Assembly: GCA_048266525.1 (NCBI GenBank)
Contig: JBLWZG010000008.1
Location: forward strand, 3,136-67,135
Reading direction: 5' to 3'
Source: Pseudomonas sp.
GTDB taxonomy: Bacteria > Pseudomonadota > Gammaproteobacteria > Pseudomonadales > Pseudomonadaceae
DNA length: 64,000 bases
In this document: positions 9,650-17,580 of the stretch, in pieces
Numbering within the stretch: the stretch's first letter is position 1
How the letters are laid out: every line of letters begins with the position of its first letter
Position numbers and translations under genes: made by a program
Notes under the pieces: model-generated
Told to the model about the DNA's origin: nothing
Seen by the model: only the letters and a program-made list of their open reading frames with translations
The model's database searches: none

Positions 9650-11180
9650 AAAATGGCTGAGCATCAGTCTCTTCAGTGCATCGCTGAGCTTGGTGAGTGC
9701 AGCACAGGCCGAAATCACTTGGAATGAAAAACACTACAACCCCGCGGCACTGGCGGATGATGTCACCCTGCCGATGCCCTGCGGTGGCGCGATGGTGTTT
9801 CGCAAAGTGTATATCCCATCCAGTAGCCCGTTGGATGATTATTCCATTCAGCTGGGTCAGGACAGTGAAGACTGGGGCTATGTTGAGCACACGCGGCCAA
9901 CCTTCGTCGCGGGAAGCTTTTCTGAGCCAAATAACAACTCACGTTATTACTTGATGGCCAAGTATGAGATGACTGAGTTGCAATATCAGGCACTGATGAC
10001 GCAAGCGTGCGTGAGCTCTTCCAACAAGTTGCGTCTGCCAGCAGTCAGTTATAGCTGGATGAATGCCATGCAAGCTGCGGACACATACAATTTATGGTTG
10101 CGTCAACAAGCCGCTAAAGTCTTGCCGAAAGAAGATGGGGTGATGGGTTTTGTGCGCTTACCCACCGAGGTTGAGTGGGAGTTTGCCGCACGCGGCGGGC
10201 TGGAAGTGGCTACAGCTGAGTTTCGTGACAACCGTTATCCTATGCCAGACGGAATCAATAACTATGAATGGTTTTCTGGCGCACAGTCGGCCAACGGTAA
10301 ATTGCAGCTCAGTGGCTTATTACAAGCCAATCCGCTGGGCCTGCACGACATGCTGGGCAACGCTTCAGAAATGATGTTTGAATCCTTTCGTCTGAATAAG
10401 CTCGACCGTAACCATGGCCAGGCCGGTGGTTATATCGTGCGTGGCGGCAACTACTTAAGCAAAGCAGAGGATATTCGCAGCGCCAATCGTCGCGAAGAGT
10501 CGTATTACTCTGACAGCGGTGAACAGGGCAATAAAACCACAGGCTTTCGTCTGGTGTTAACCGCACCTATTCTAACCTCGCGCGAACGTGTCGCCAGTAT
10601 TGAACAAAGCTGGAAGACCCTTGGTAGTGGTAATGCTGTTGATGGCAGCCAAGCGAGCACCTCGGAGCTGGGTAAAATTGCCTCTAAAATTGAAGACAAA
10701 GCCCTTAAAGAGCAAATCAAAACCGTAGAAAGTCAGCTGCGCGCCAGTAATCAGCAGCAAGAAGAAGCACGTAATCAAGCGATTCGTGCCAGTCTTAATT
10801 TGGGCGCGTTTTTATGCACAAAAATGCTAGATGACGGCAAGTATTTAGACTTTTTACAGAATAACTATAGTATTAACTGCGCAGTTGAAGAACCTGATGC
10901 AAGTTGTGGTATGCGCAAGAGCAAACTCGACGAGCAAGAGGAACGCTTAAGTAAACTCAGCCGTTATTATGCCAGCAGCCTGATTGATGCAGCGACCTTG
11001 TATGGTGAGTCGGCGATTAAGCAGCAAGTGCCGGTGATGACTGAGATTGTGGAACGTAATAAGCAACTCAGCGAATTAAAGCCTTATTTAGCGGCACACT
11101 GGGATAACCAGAAGTCGTTTCTAAAAAGCCAGCAAATCACTACTAAACAGTGGCTGGAAAACTGTAAAACAGTACGTTAA
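9639..11180 (+). CDS. Secreted FGE-sulfatase (SUMF1/PvdO) fold protein with C-terminal coiled coil
   Basis: GTG at 9639 follows a GGAGAG RBS and yields the signal peptide VNYKKWLSISLFSASLSLVSAAQA. Family motifs are WEFAARGG, GLHDMLGNASEMM, RGGNY and GFRLV. The C-terminal 170 aa are heptad-like and Q/E/K rich. Confidence 0.75.
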   Translation: MNYKKWLSISLFSASLSLVSAAQAEITWNEKHYNPAALADDVTLPMPCGGAMVFRKVYIPSSSPLDDYSIQLGQDSEDWGYVEHTRPTFVAGSFSEPNNNSRYYLMAKYEMTELQYQALMTQACVSSSNKLRLPAVSYSWMNAMQAADTYNLWLRQQAAKVLPKEDGVMGFVRLPTEVEWEFAARGGLEVATAEFRDNRYPMPDGINNYEWFSGAQSANGKLQLSGLLQANPLGLHDMLGNASEMMFESFRLNKLDRNHGQAGGYIVRGGNYLSKAEDIRSANRREESYYSDSGEQGNKTTGFRLVLTAPILTSRERVASIEQSWKTLGSGNAVDGSQASTSELGKIASKIEDKALKEQIKTVESQLRASNQQQEEARNQAIRASLNLGAFLCTKMLDDGKYLDFLQNNYSINCAVEEPDASCGMRKSKLDEQEERLSKLSRYYASSLIDAATLYGESAIKQQVPVMTEIVERNKQLSELKPYLAAHWDNQKSFLKSQQITTKQWLENCKTVR

Positions 11181-11205
11181 CTCTTACTATTAAAGGATAA
11201 AATCC

Positions 11206-11931
11206 ATGGATATCACTCGTCTGTTCAACCATAAAACCCTCGTCAGTTTAGCGATTTCTAGTGCCATTCTTTTATCCGGTTGTGCATCAACTGGCAGTGA
11301 CATGACAGCAGGTTCGGCGGATTCACGCTTAACCAAGAGTGAAAGCGCTAAGTTTTTTAGCAAATCCGGTTATCAAGCCTGTGCCGTCGGCGCCGGGGTT
11401 GGCGTGTTGGCCTGCTTAGCCTCCAATACCAGCAATAAAGCAGCTTGTGCGATCGCTGCAGGCATTACCGCGTGTGGTGTGGCCATGGGGGCAAACTATT
11501 ATTTGGATGATCGTCGTAGCCAGTACGCCGATACCAATGAGCGTTTGCAGGCGATGACCCAAGATATTCAGCAAGATACCGACCGTGTGGTACAGCGTAC
11601 CCAAGTGGCACAACGTGTGATTGCCGATGACAAAGCGCTGATGGCTAAGATTGAGCAAGATCGCGCCAGTAAAAAACTTGATGTTGCTAAAGCAAACAAA
11701 GACTTAGCCTCGATTGATAATAATATAGCCCTGCTGAAAAAAGATTTGAAAAACATGCAATTTAAGGCAGAAGAATATGCAAAAGCCGCGCAAAAAGAGC
11801 GCGAAGATGGGGCCGGTGACAAAGTGGCGCTGATGGATCAAGAAATTGCGCGCATGAATCAAAAAGTGGCCTTGTTGCAGACTGAAGTAGATGGTCTGTT
11901 TGATCAGCGTTCAGCGATTACCTTAGGATAA
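11206..11931 (+). CDS. Lipoprotein with Gly/Ala/Cys-rich glycine-zipper-like segment and coiled-coil tail
   Basis: Lipobox is LLSGC. The glycine-zipper-like stretch is ACAVGAGVGVLACLAS...AAGITACGVAMGANYY. The C-terminal half is charged and heptad-like. Confidence 0.65.
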   Translation: MDITRLFNHKTLVSLAISSAILLSGCASTGSDMTAGSADSRLTKSESAKFFSKSGYQACAVGAGVGVLACLASNTSNKAACAIAAGITACGVAMGANYYLDDRRSQYADTNERLQAMTQDIQQDTDRVVQRTQVAQRVIADDKALMAKIEQDRASKKLDVAKANKDLASIDNNIALLKKDLKNMQFKAEEYAKAAQKEREDGAGDKVALMDQEIARMNQKVALLQTEVDGLFDQRSAITLG

Positions 11932-11935
11932 TCTA

Positions 11936-12427
11936 ATGCAAAAACTATTATTGAGTACTGCGTTGCTGAGTGTGCTGTTGAGTGGTTGTGCTACCCAGCA
12001 AGCATGCGACTCCAGTAAGCACGATCCAAGCTTATTGGAGAAACTCAATTGCGATGTGGGCGGTGGTTATCAGCAGCAAATTAGCCAAAGGGAACGCGAT
12101 TTATTGGATGCGCAAGCTGAAAACAAGTTGTTTCATGAGGTCTATGTGCAGATTGAGGCACAGCAGCAGTCAGTGCGTACTGACTTGCTCAGCCAGCAGA
12201 AGCAACAGGCGCAACTGCAAGCCAGCCTCAATCAGTTACTGCGCCAACTGAAGACAAAACATGCGGCAAAAGCTGACACGCAACAGCAGTTAGCCGCGCT
12301 GCAAGCGCAGTCCTTAAGTTTGCAATCAGTCACCAGTAACGATCCGCAAGTGATAAAGCAAAAGCAAGAACAGCTGGTTGAATTACAGCGGCAAGTCAGT
12401 CGTTTGCAATTGAGTTTGGGGTATTAA
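11936..12427 (+). CDS. Gln-rich coiled-coil lipoprotein
   Basis: Starts 4 nt after the upstream stop. Lipobox is LLSGC. The sequence shows a Q/L heptad pattern, and a hairpin plus T-run follows the gene. Confidence 0.6.
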   Translation: MQKLLLSTALLSVLLSGCATQQACDSSKHDPSLLEKLNCDVGGGYQQQISQRERDLLDAQAENKLFHEVYVQIEAQQQSVRTDLLSQQKQQAQLQASLNQLLRQLKTKHAAKADTQQQLAALQAQSLSLQSVTSNDPQVIKQKQEQLVELQRQVSRLQLSLGY

Positions 12428-12442
12428 CTGAGCTTATTCTTG

Positions 12443-12478
12443 CTGGCGGCAATGCCTTAGGCGTGCCGCTGGTTTTTT
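12443..12478 (+). terminator. Possible rho-independent terminator
   Basis: Arms GCGGCA/TGCCGC can be extended by wobble pairs and are followed by TTTTTT. Confidence 0.4.
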
Positions 12479-12507
12479 ATCTTTAACCTTTAAGACCTCA
12501 ATCCGTT

Positions 12508-13803
12508 ATGCAAAGAATTCTTCGCAGCAGCATGCTTTACTCCGCGCTGAGCAGTGAAACCCGCGAGCAACATCAAGTCCTGCTTAAAGTCTGTCCGCCG
12601 CATTTAGCACAACTCTTTGCGATCGGCCGCAGCGGCAGTGATGACCAACTTGAATGGTGGACCCCTTTAGGCGGGCAAGCCAAGCCTTACAGTGCTTTGC
12701 CAGATGAACCGCAAAAACAGCTGTTAAAGGTGTTTGAGCAGCGCCAGAAGTCCTTAGCAGAGTTGGCGGATCATCTTGAACAACGGGGACAAACTGCACC
12801 TGCTCAGACGCTGCGCCGACTGCTCAGTGAGATCGATGTGAGCAAGCTCTACAGCATTGATAATCAACCGGTGTTGGTGGAGTACTACCCAGCAGTAGAA
12901 ACCAAAGTAATCCCGCCGGTTGCTGTTGCTAGCGCCGCGGCGGTTGCAACTGGAACTACGGCGGCGGTGGCAGCTGCGCCACGCGTGCTGAAAAAAAGAG
13001 CGCTATGGCCTTGGCTGTTGCTGCTGTTGCTGCTCGGTTTGGCTTTATTGGTCTGGTGGCAATTGCTCTACAAAGATGTTTCTTTTTTGAATGCGGTCAA
13101 GCTGTTCACTGAAAGAGGCAGTCGCATTGAAAGCTATGCTTGCGCCAAGCAACAAAGCAAGAGTAAACCTGACTTTGTCACCGTATTTGATACGTCCGGC
13201 TCGATGACCCTCAATATCAACGCGTCTGCCGCGGATGAAGAGTGGCTGCTGGATATCGGTGGTTTATATGAGCATGACAACCGTGATCCAAGACGTTTAC
13301 GCGTGCTCAGTTCACCAACCCGCGAAGAAGTGGCCAAGCAAGCCTATGGGCATATGCTGGCGAATTTGCATCCAGACATCGACACCCGTCTGATCACCTT
13401 TGCCGGATGTGGCAGCGTGATTGATCATGGTATGCATAACCACCAACAACGTCCTCAGTTGCTCGAACGCCTGCTGCAAAGCAAAGCTGAAGACGGTACA
13501 CCTTTGGCGGAGAGTTTAAGGGTGGCGGCTAGTCAGGTGGATGGCGTTAACAAAGATGCCATGATCATTTTATTTATAGACGGTGAAGATGGTTGTGGTG
13601 AAAATGTCTGCGCGTTGGCAGGGCAGTTGGCCACTGAAAAACCACGCTTACAAATTAATGTGGTGGACGTCAGTGGTAATGGTTTATCCAGTTGTGCGGC
13701 GCGGCTGACCAATGGGCGCATCTACAGCTCGCAAGATGCAGAGCAGATTAATGCTGTGTTCCTAGAGGCGGCTGAAGAGTTCACTGCGGCGGCGTGTGAA
13801 TAA
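12508..13803 (+). CDS. Membrane-anchored vWA domain protein (cytoplasmic N-domain, Ala-rich linker, one TM, periplasmic vWA)
   Basis: TM helix is LWPWLLLLLLLGLALLVWWQLL. MIDAS motif is VTVFDTSGSM, with a later ILFIDGEDGC. Confidence 0.7.
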   Translation: MQRILRSSMLYSALSSETREQHQVLLKVCPPHLAQLFAIGRSGSDDQLEWWTPLGGQAKPYSALPDEPQKQLLKVFEQRQKSLAELADHLEQRGQTAPAQTLRRLLSEIDVSKLYSIDNQPVLVEYYPAVETKVIPPVAVASAAAVATGTTAAVAAAPRVLKKRALWPWLLLLLLLGLALLVWWQLLYKDVSFLNAVKLFTERGSRIESYACAKQQSKSKPDFVTVFDTSGSMTLNINASAADEEWLLDIGGLYEHDNRDPRRLRVLSSPTREEVAKQAYGHMLANLHPDIDTRLITFAGCGSVIDHGMHNHQQRPQLLERLLQSKAEDGTPLAESLRVAASQVDGVNKDAMIILFIDGEDGCGENVCALAGQLATEKPRLQINVVDVSGNGLSSCAARLTNGRIYSSQDAEQINAVFLEAAEEFTAAACE

Positions 13804-13896
13804 AGCTGCCGTTATGGGGCTGCTATTATGTCGGCTTAACTGTCGCGTAGCTGCACTATGCTTTGTTTGTTAAAGCACAATACGGCTAAGTGATGG

Positions 13897-14748
13897 TCAG
13901 CTCGCGAAAATACTGTAGGCAACATCAGAGCCGTTAAATACCAGCGCATTGTGTAGCTGCACAAGATCTGCGCCTGCCAGCAGGCGCGCTTGATAGTCTT
14001 CGGCGTGGCGAACGCCACCCACGGCAATTAAGGCGATATCGGCGTGAATTTCACCGCGGTAGAAGGCTAATTGCTGGCAGGCGAGGGCCTGCGCAGCTGG
14101 ATTTTGCCAAAGTGCAAAATCGCGTGCGGTCACCGGTTTGCCTAGATCAAAAGCAATTGCAATACCTGCTAACGGAGCGGACCTGAGTGTTTTAATGGTA
14201 GCACCGAGTGTTTCTGTGCCTAGAGTTGTGTGTAGTTTCACGACCATGGGTAAATTGGTGTTGTGCTCTTGCAGCAGGCTAGCCTGTTGCTGTTGGATGC
14301 TGTGCAAACGCGCAATGATCTGTTCTAAGTCGAGTTGGCTGTAGCTGTCGTAGATATTGATACTAATGTAGTCGGCTATTTTGCTGATTGCCGCTAGCGT
14401 GCCGCGCAGCTGCTGAATCGATGCGGGCAGCGCTGCGTCATGTATATTCAGGTTGATACCTAAAATGGCTGGATTGTTGTGCGCTGCTGCATCGCACATG
14501 TGCAGTAACGCTGCTTGATTGAGTGTGCAAGAGCCCAGTTCAATACAACCAAAACCAAGCGCAGCAGCAGCTCGGCCGAGTTGTCCGTGCTTATCAAAAC
14601 CTGCAGCAATACCCAGACGGTTGGGAAAACGAATGCCCATCACTGTCGCTGCGTTATTTTCGAAACAGCGCGCCTGCTGCGCGGCTGCCGGAGCACTTTG
14701 CGCGCGTAAGCACGCTGCATTGAAGGCGTCTGCCCTAGGGTTGTGCAT
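13897..14748 (-). CDS. Divergent dihydroorotate-dehydrogenase-fold (FMN TIM-barrel) protein, probably not a true PyrD
   Basis: Aligns by eye to class-2 PyrD (FPNRLGIAAGFDKHG, GFGCIELGS, LGINLN, YISINI, AVGGV, GADLVQL). It lacks the NRMGFNN loop and the catalytic-Ser context (NISSPNT becomes NIYDSYS). The start is taken as ATG 14748; the tracked TTG 14901 would overlap the upstream gene by 167 nt. Confidence 0.6.
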   Translation of the reverse strand: MHNPRADAFNAACLRAQSAPAAAQQARCFENNAATVMGIRFPNRLGIAAGFDKHGQLGRAAAALGFGCIELGSCTLNQAALLHMCDAAAHNNPAILGINLNIHDAALPASIQQLRGTLAAISKIADYISINIYDSYSQLDLEQIIARLHSIQQQQASLLQEHNTNLPMVVKLHTTLGTETLGATIKTLRSAPLAGIAIAFDLGKPVTARDFALWQNPAAQALACQQLAFYRGEIHADIALIAVGGVRHAEDYQARLLAGADLVQLHNALVFNGSDVAYSIFAS

Positions 14749-15844
14749 GACGGCTGCCGTGCGTGGCACGAAAGTGCTGCATAAAGTCGGCCAACGCCTG
14801 GAGGGCTTGATCGGTTTGTGCGTTATACAGGCTGGCGCGTATGCCGCCAAATTGTTGATGGCCTTGCAGGTGCAGCAAACCCTGTTGCTCGGCAGTCGCA
14901 ATAAAGTGTTGCTCGAGTTGCGCTGTCGGCAAATGAAAGCACAGGTTCATGCTTGAACGGTACAGCGGGTCGACATGATTGCTATAAAAAGAGTCATGAT
15001 CAATGATCGCGTAGAGCTTTTGCGCGCGCTGCGTGTTTCTGGCAGACAGTGCGCTGACGCCGCCTTGTGCAATGATCCAATCACACACCAGCTCGGTTAA
15101 ATAAATGCTATAGGTCAGTGGCGTATTGAGACGGTTGTTGTTAGTAATGTGCTGTTTGTAGCTGAGCATTCTCGGGGTTTCTGGACGCATATTTTCTAGT
15201 AAGTCATCCCTGATGATTAAAATCACCAGCCCTGTTGGGCCTATATTTTTTTGCGTGCCAGCATAGAGCATGGCGTAGTTTTCAATGCAGATCGGCCGCG
15301 ACATAAAGTCTGAAGTCATATCTGCAATCAGAGCGGTAGAGGCCAGCTGCGGATCGGTATGCCGCGCAACACCTTGCGCTGTTTCATTACTGGTGATGTG
15401 GCAATAATCCGCATTGTCTGGAATAGACCAGGTCGATACCTCAGGCATACTCAGCGGCTGGCAATCTTGATTGCTGGCGCCAATATGCACTCGGCCAAAG
15501 GCTGCAGCATCAGCAGCGGCTTTGCGTGACCAATAGCCGCTATCGATATACACCGCTTGCCCGTTGGGCGTGAGCAAGTTCATCGGCACTAAAGCAAACT
15601 GGGTTGATGCACCGCCTTGCATAAATAAGACATGGTAATTATCCGGCACACTGAGAATTTGACGTATTTTTTGCTTGGCCGATGCCATAATCCCCATGAA
15701 GTGCGCACCGGTGAAAGGCATTTCCAGCACAGACATGCCGCTGTTATGCCAATTAAGTAGCTCACTCTGCGCACGGAGTAATACCGACTCTGGCATCAGC
15801 GCAGGCCCGCCAGAGAAATTAAAAGTTTGCTCTCTACTGCGCAT
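14735..15844 (-). CDS. SerC-like class V aminotransferase (phosphoserine aminotransferase family)
   Basis: The N-terminus FNFSGGPALMPESVL and the PLP-lysine context GTQKNIGPTGL are typical of SerC. Its start overlaps the stop of the upstream membrane-protein gene (TAATG). Confidence 0.8.
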   Translation of the reverse strand: MRSREQTFNFSGGPALMPESVLLRAQSELLNWHNSGMSVLEMPFTGAHFMGIMASAKQKIRQILSVPDNYHVLFMQGGASTQFALVPMNLLTPNGQAVYIDSGYWSRKAAADAAAFGRVHIGASNQDCQPLSMPEVSTWSIPDNADYCHITSNETAQGVARHTDPQLASTALIADMTSDFMSRPICIENYAMLYAGTQKNIGPTGLVILIIRDDLLENMRPETPRMLSYKQHITNNNRLNTPLTYSIYLTELVCDWIIAQGGVSALSARNTQRAQKLYAIIDHDSFYSNHVDPLYRSSMNLCFHLPTAQLEQHFIATAEQQGLLHLQGHQQFGGIRASLYNAQTDQALQALADFMQHFRATHGSRHAQP

Positions 15845-16356
15845 TAGAACAGCACCAAGCTATGGCTGGCGGCGGTCATAAAAAATATCAGCGGAAAGGA
15901 TAAAATGGTATTGGTGCGTGATGATAGAAAGGTGATGCGTGAACAGCGAATCCGCTCTTCCAGCGAGGCGGGTACAAAACCTAGGACTTTCTTTTGATGA
16001 GGCCAGAGTACAAACCAGAGGTTGCACACCATGATGATGCCAAGCCAAGCGCCGATGCCAATCACAGCTTGATGGCCGTCGAGGGTTAAGGCGGACAGCA
16101 GTGTGCCTCGGTACCAGAGCATGGCCAAGCCTGAGATCAGCACCAACAGCGAAGCATGCCGAAAAACGCCATGCTCGCGTTGCATACGGCGGGTTAAATT
16201 CTGCGCTCGATCCTCGGCACTGGATTCGCTGTGCAAGGCTTTAAAGGTGGGGTTTTGCACCACATTGGCATAGTTGTGGCCGATCCACACTAAAGCACCA
16301 AGGATGTGCAGGTAACGAAACAGACTGTCGAGAATGGGCCACAACATATTAGACAC
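15844..16356 (-). CDS. His-rich 4-TM membrane protein (resembles the membrane domain of PuuD/HemJ-like heme-binding proteins)
   Basis: Four hydrophobic segments. The N-terminal motif LHILGALVWIGHNYANVVQ has conserved His residues. The start is GTG 16356 or ATG 16347. Confidence 0.5.
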   Translation of the reverse strand: MSNMLWPILDSLFRYLHILGALVWIGHNYANVVQNPTFKALHSESSAEDRAQNLTRRMQREHGVFRHASLLVLISGLAMLWYRGTLLSALTLDGHQAVIGIGAWLGIIMVCNLWFVLWPHQKKVLGFVPASLEERIRCSRITFLSSRTNTILSFPLIFFMTAASHSLVLF

Positions 16357-16450
16357 CGTTAATCAGTTTGAGCGCGAGGACGCAGAGCACTGCGGTAAGA
16401 ATGAGCCCAGCGCTCAGTGTGCCAAACAATGAATCATGCGGAAGTTTCAT
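16349..16450 (-). CDS. 33-aa single-TM micro-protein (not in ORF track)
   Basis: Hand translation of the minus strand gives MKLPHDSLFGTLSAGLILTAVLCVLALKLINGV*. Its ATG overlaps the stop of the PqqE-like gene (ATGA). Its stop abuts or overlaps the start of the next gene. Confidence 0.45.
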   Translation of the reverse strand: MKLPHDSLFGTLSAGLILTAVLCVLALKLINGV

Positions 16451-17580
16451 GATTGACTGCTCAGGTCGACCCAGCCGGCTTCGCGCCCAATCAGCGGCGC
16501 TTTATTGGCGTTGTTGGCCTGTTGCACCGCATCAGTAATCAGTGAGTGATGCGGTGATTTACTGCAAGCCGGATCGGTATTGCTGGCATCGCCGGTGAGT
16601 AAAAATGCTTGGCAGCGACAACCGCCAAAATCGGTGGTTTTTTCGGAGCAATTTCGGCAAGGCTCTTTCATCCAGCTGTCGCCGCGATACAAATTAAACT
16701 CGTTGGACTTGTGCCAAATCCACGACAAATCCTGATTGCGCACATTGGGGAAGTTCAGGTGCTGCATGCTGCGTGCTTGTGAGCAGGGTAAAACAGTCCC
16801 ATCGGGCGCTACGGTTAAATGAATACTGCCCCAGCCGTTCATGCAGGCTTTGGGTCGTCCTTCAAAATAATCTGGGATGACAAAAAACAATGTCATTGTG
16901 TCGCCCAACCGTTGGCGCGCGGCAATCACTTGCGCTTCAGCCTTAAGTAACTCCTCTTGCGTGGGCATCAGCTGTTCACGATTGACCAGCGCCCAGTTGT
17001 AGTACTGCACATTGGCCAGCTCTAAATATTCCACGCCGATCTCTGCGGCCAGCTCGATAATCTGCGGTACCAAATGGATATTGATTTTAGAGATAGGCAC
17101 GTTAAGCACCATCGGAAAGCCGAGGCGTTTGATCTCTTTGGCGATCTTGATTTTCTTATCGAAACAATCCACACCTGAGAGCCAGTGGGTTGTCATTGGC
17201 TCGCTGGACTGCATGCCCAGTTGAATATGCCTTAAGCCTGCTTTTTTTAAACGCTCTAAGCGTTTTGTGGTTAAACCAATGCCTGAGGTGATCAGGTTGG
17301 TGTAGTAGCCTAGACTATTGGCTTCTTCGACGAGTTCTTCTAAGTCTTTGCGCAGCGTCGGCTCGCCACCGGAAAAGCCAATCTGCATAGAGCCCATCTT
17401 CTTGGCATCACGGATCACTTGCTTCCATTCATCGGTGCTCAGTTCGTTGTCTAAGTCATCCAAGTCTGTCGGGTTGCTACAAAAAGCACACTTGAGAGGG
17501 CATTTGTAAGTGAGTTCCAGTAATAGCCAGATGGGTGCACCATTACCATCAAGACGTAATTCTGATCCAACCTTTGTCAT
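16447..17580 (-). CDS. pqqE: PqqE-like radical SAM/SPASM peptide cyclase (second copy)
   Basis: The CxxxCxxC cluster is ELTYKCPLKCAFCSNP. The SPASM Cys pattern [40 protein letters not shown] is nearly identical to the canonical PqqE at 48970. The start is taken at ATG 17580, which gives the same spacing to the cluster as the canonical copy. Confidence 0.85.
   Translation of the reverse strand: MTKVGSELRLDGNGAPIWLLLELTYKCPLKCAFCSNPTDLDDLDNELSTDEWKQVIRDAKKMGSMQIGFSGGEPTLRKDLEELVEEANSLGYYTNLITSGIGLTTKRLERLKKAGLRHIQLGMQSSEPMTTHWLSGVDCFDKKIKIAKEIKRLGFPMVLNVPISKINIHLVPQIIELAAEIGVEYLELANVQYYNWALVNREQLMPTQEELLKAEAQVIAARQRLGDTMTLFFVIPDYFEGRPKACMNGWGSIHLTVAPDGTVLPCSQARSMQHLNFPNVRNQDLSWIWHKSNEFNLYRGDSWMKEPCRNCSEKTTDFGGCRCQAFLLTGDASNTDPACSKSPHHSLITDAVQQANNANKAPLIGREAGWVDLSSQS

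Noticed and set aside
14749-14901. Upstream TTG-initiated extension of the DHODH-fold ORF
   Set aside because: It would overlap the SerC-like gene by 167 nt. The extension is Cys/Arg/Pro-rich with no PyrD N-terminal helices, so ATG 14748 is preferred. The exact start remains uncertain.
14519-14956. 145-aa plus-strand ORF across the SerC-like/DHODH-like junction
   Set aside because: It is antisense to two recognisable enzyme genes and has an Ala/Cys/Arg-rich composition.
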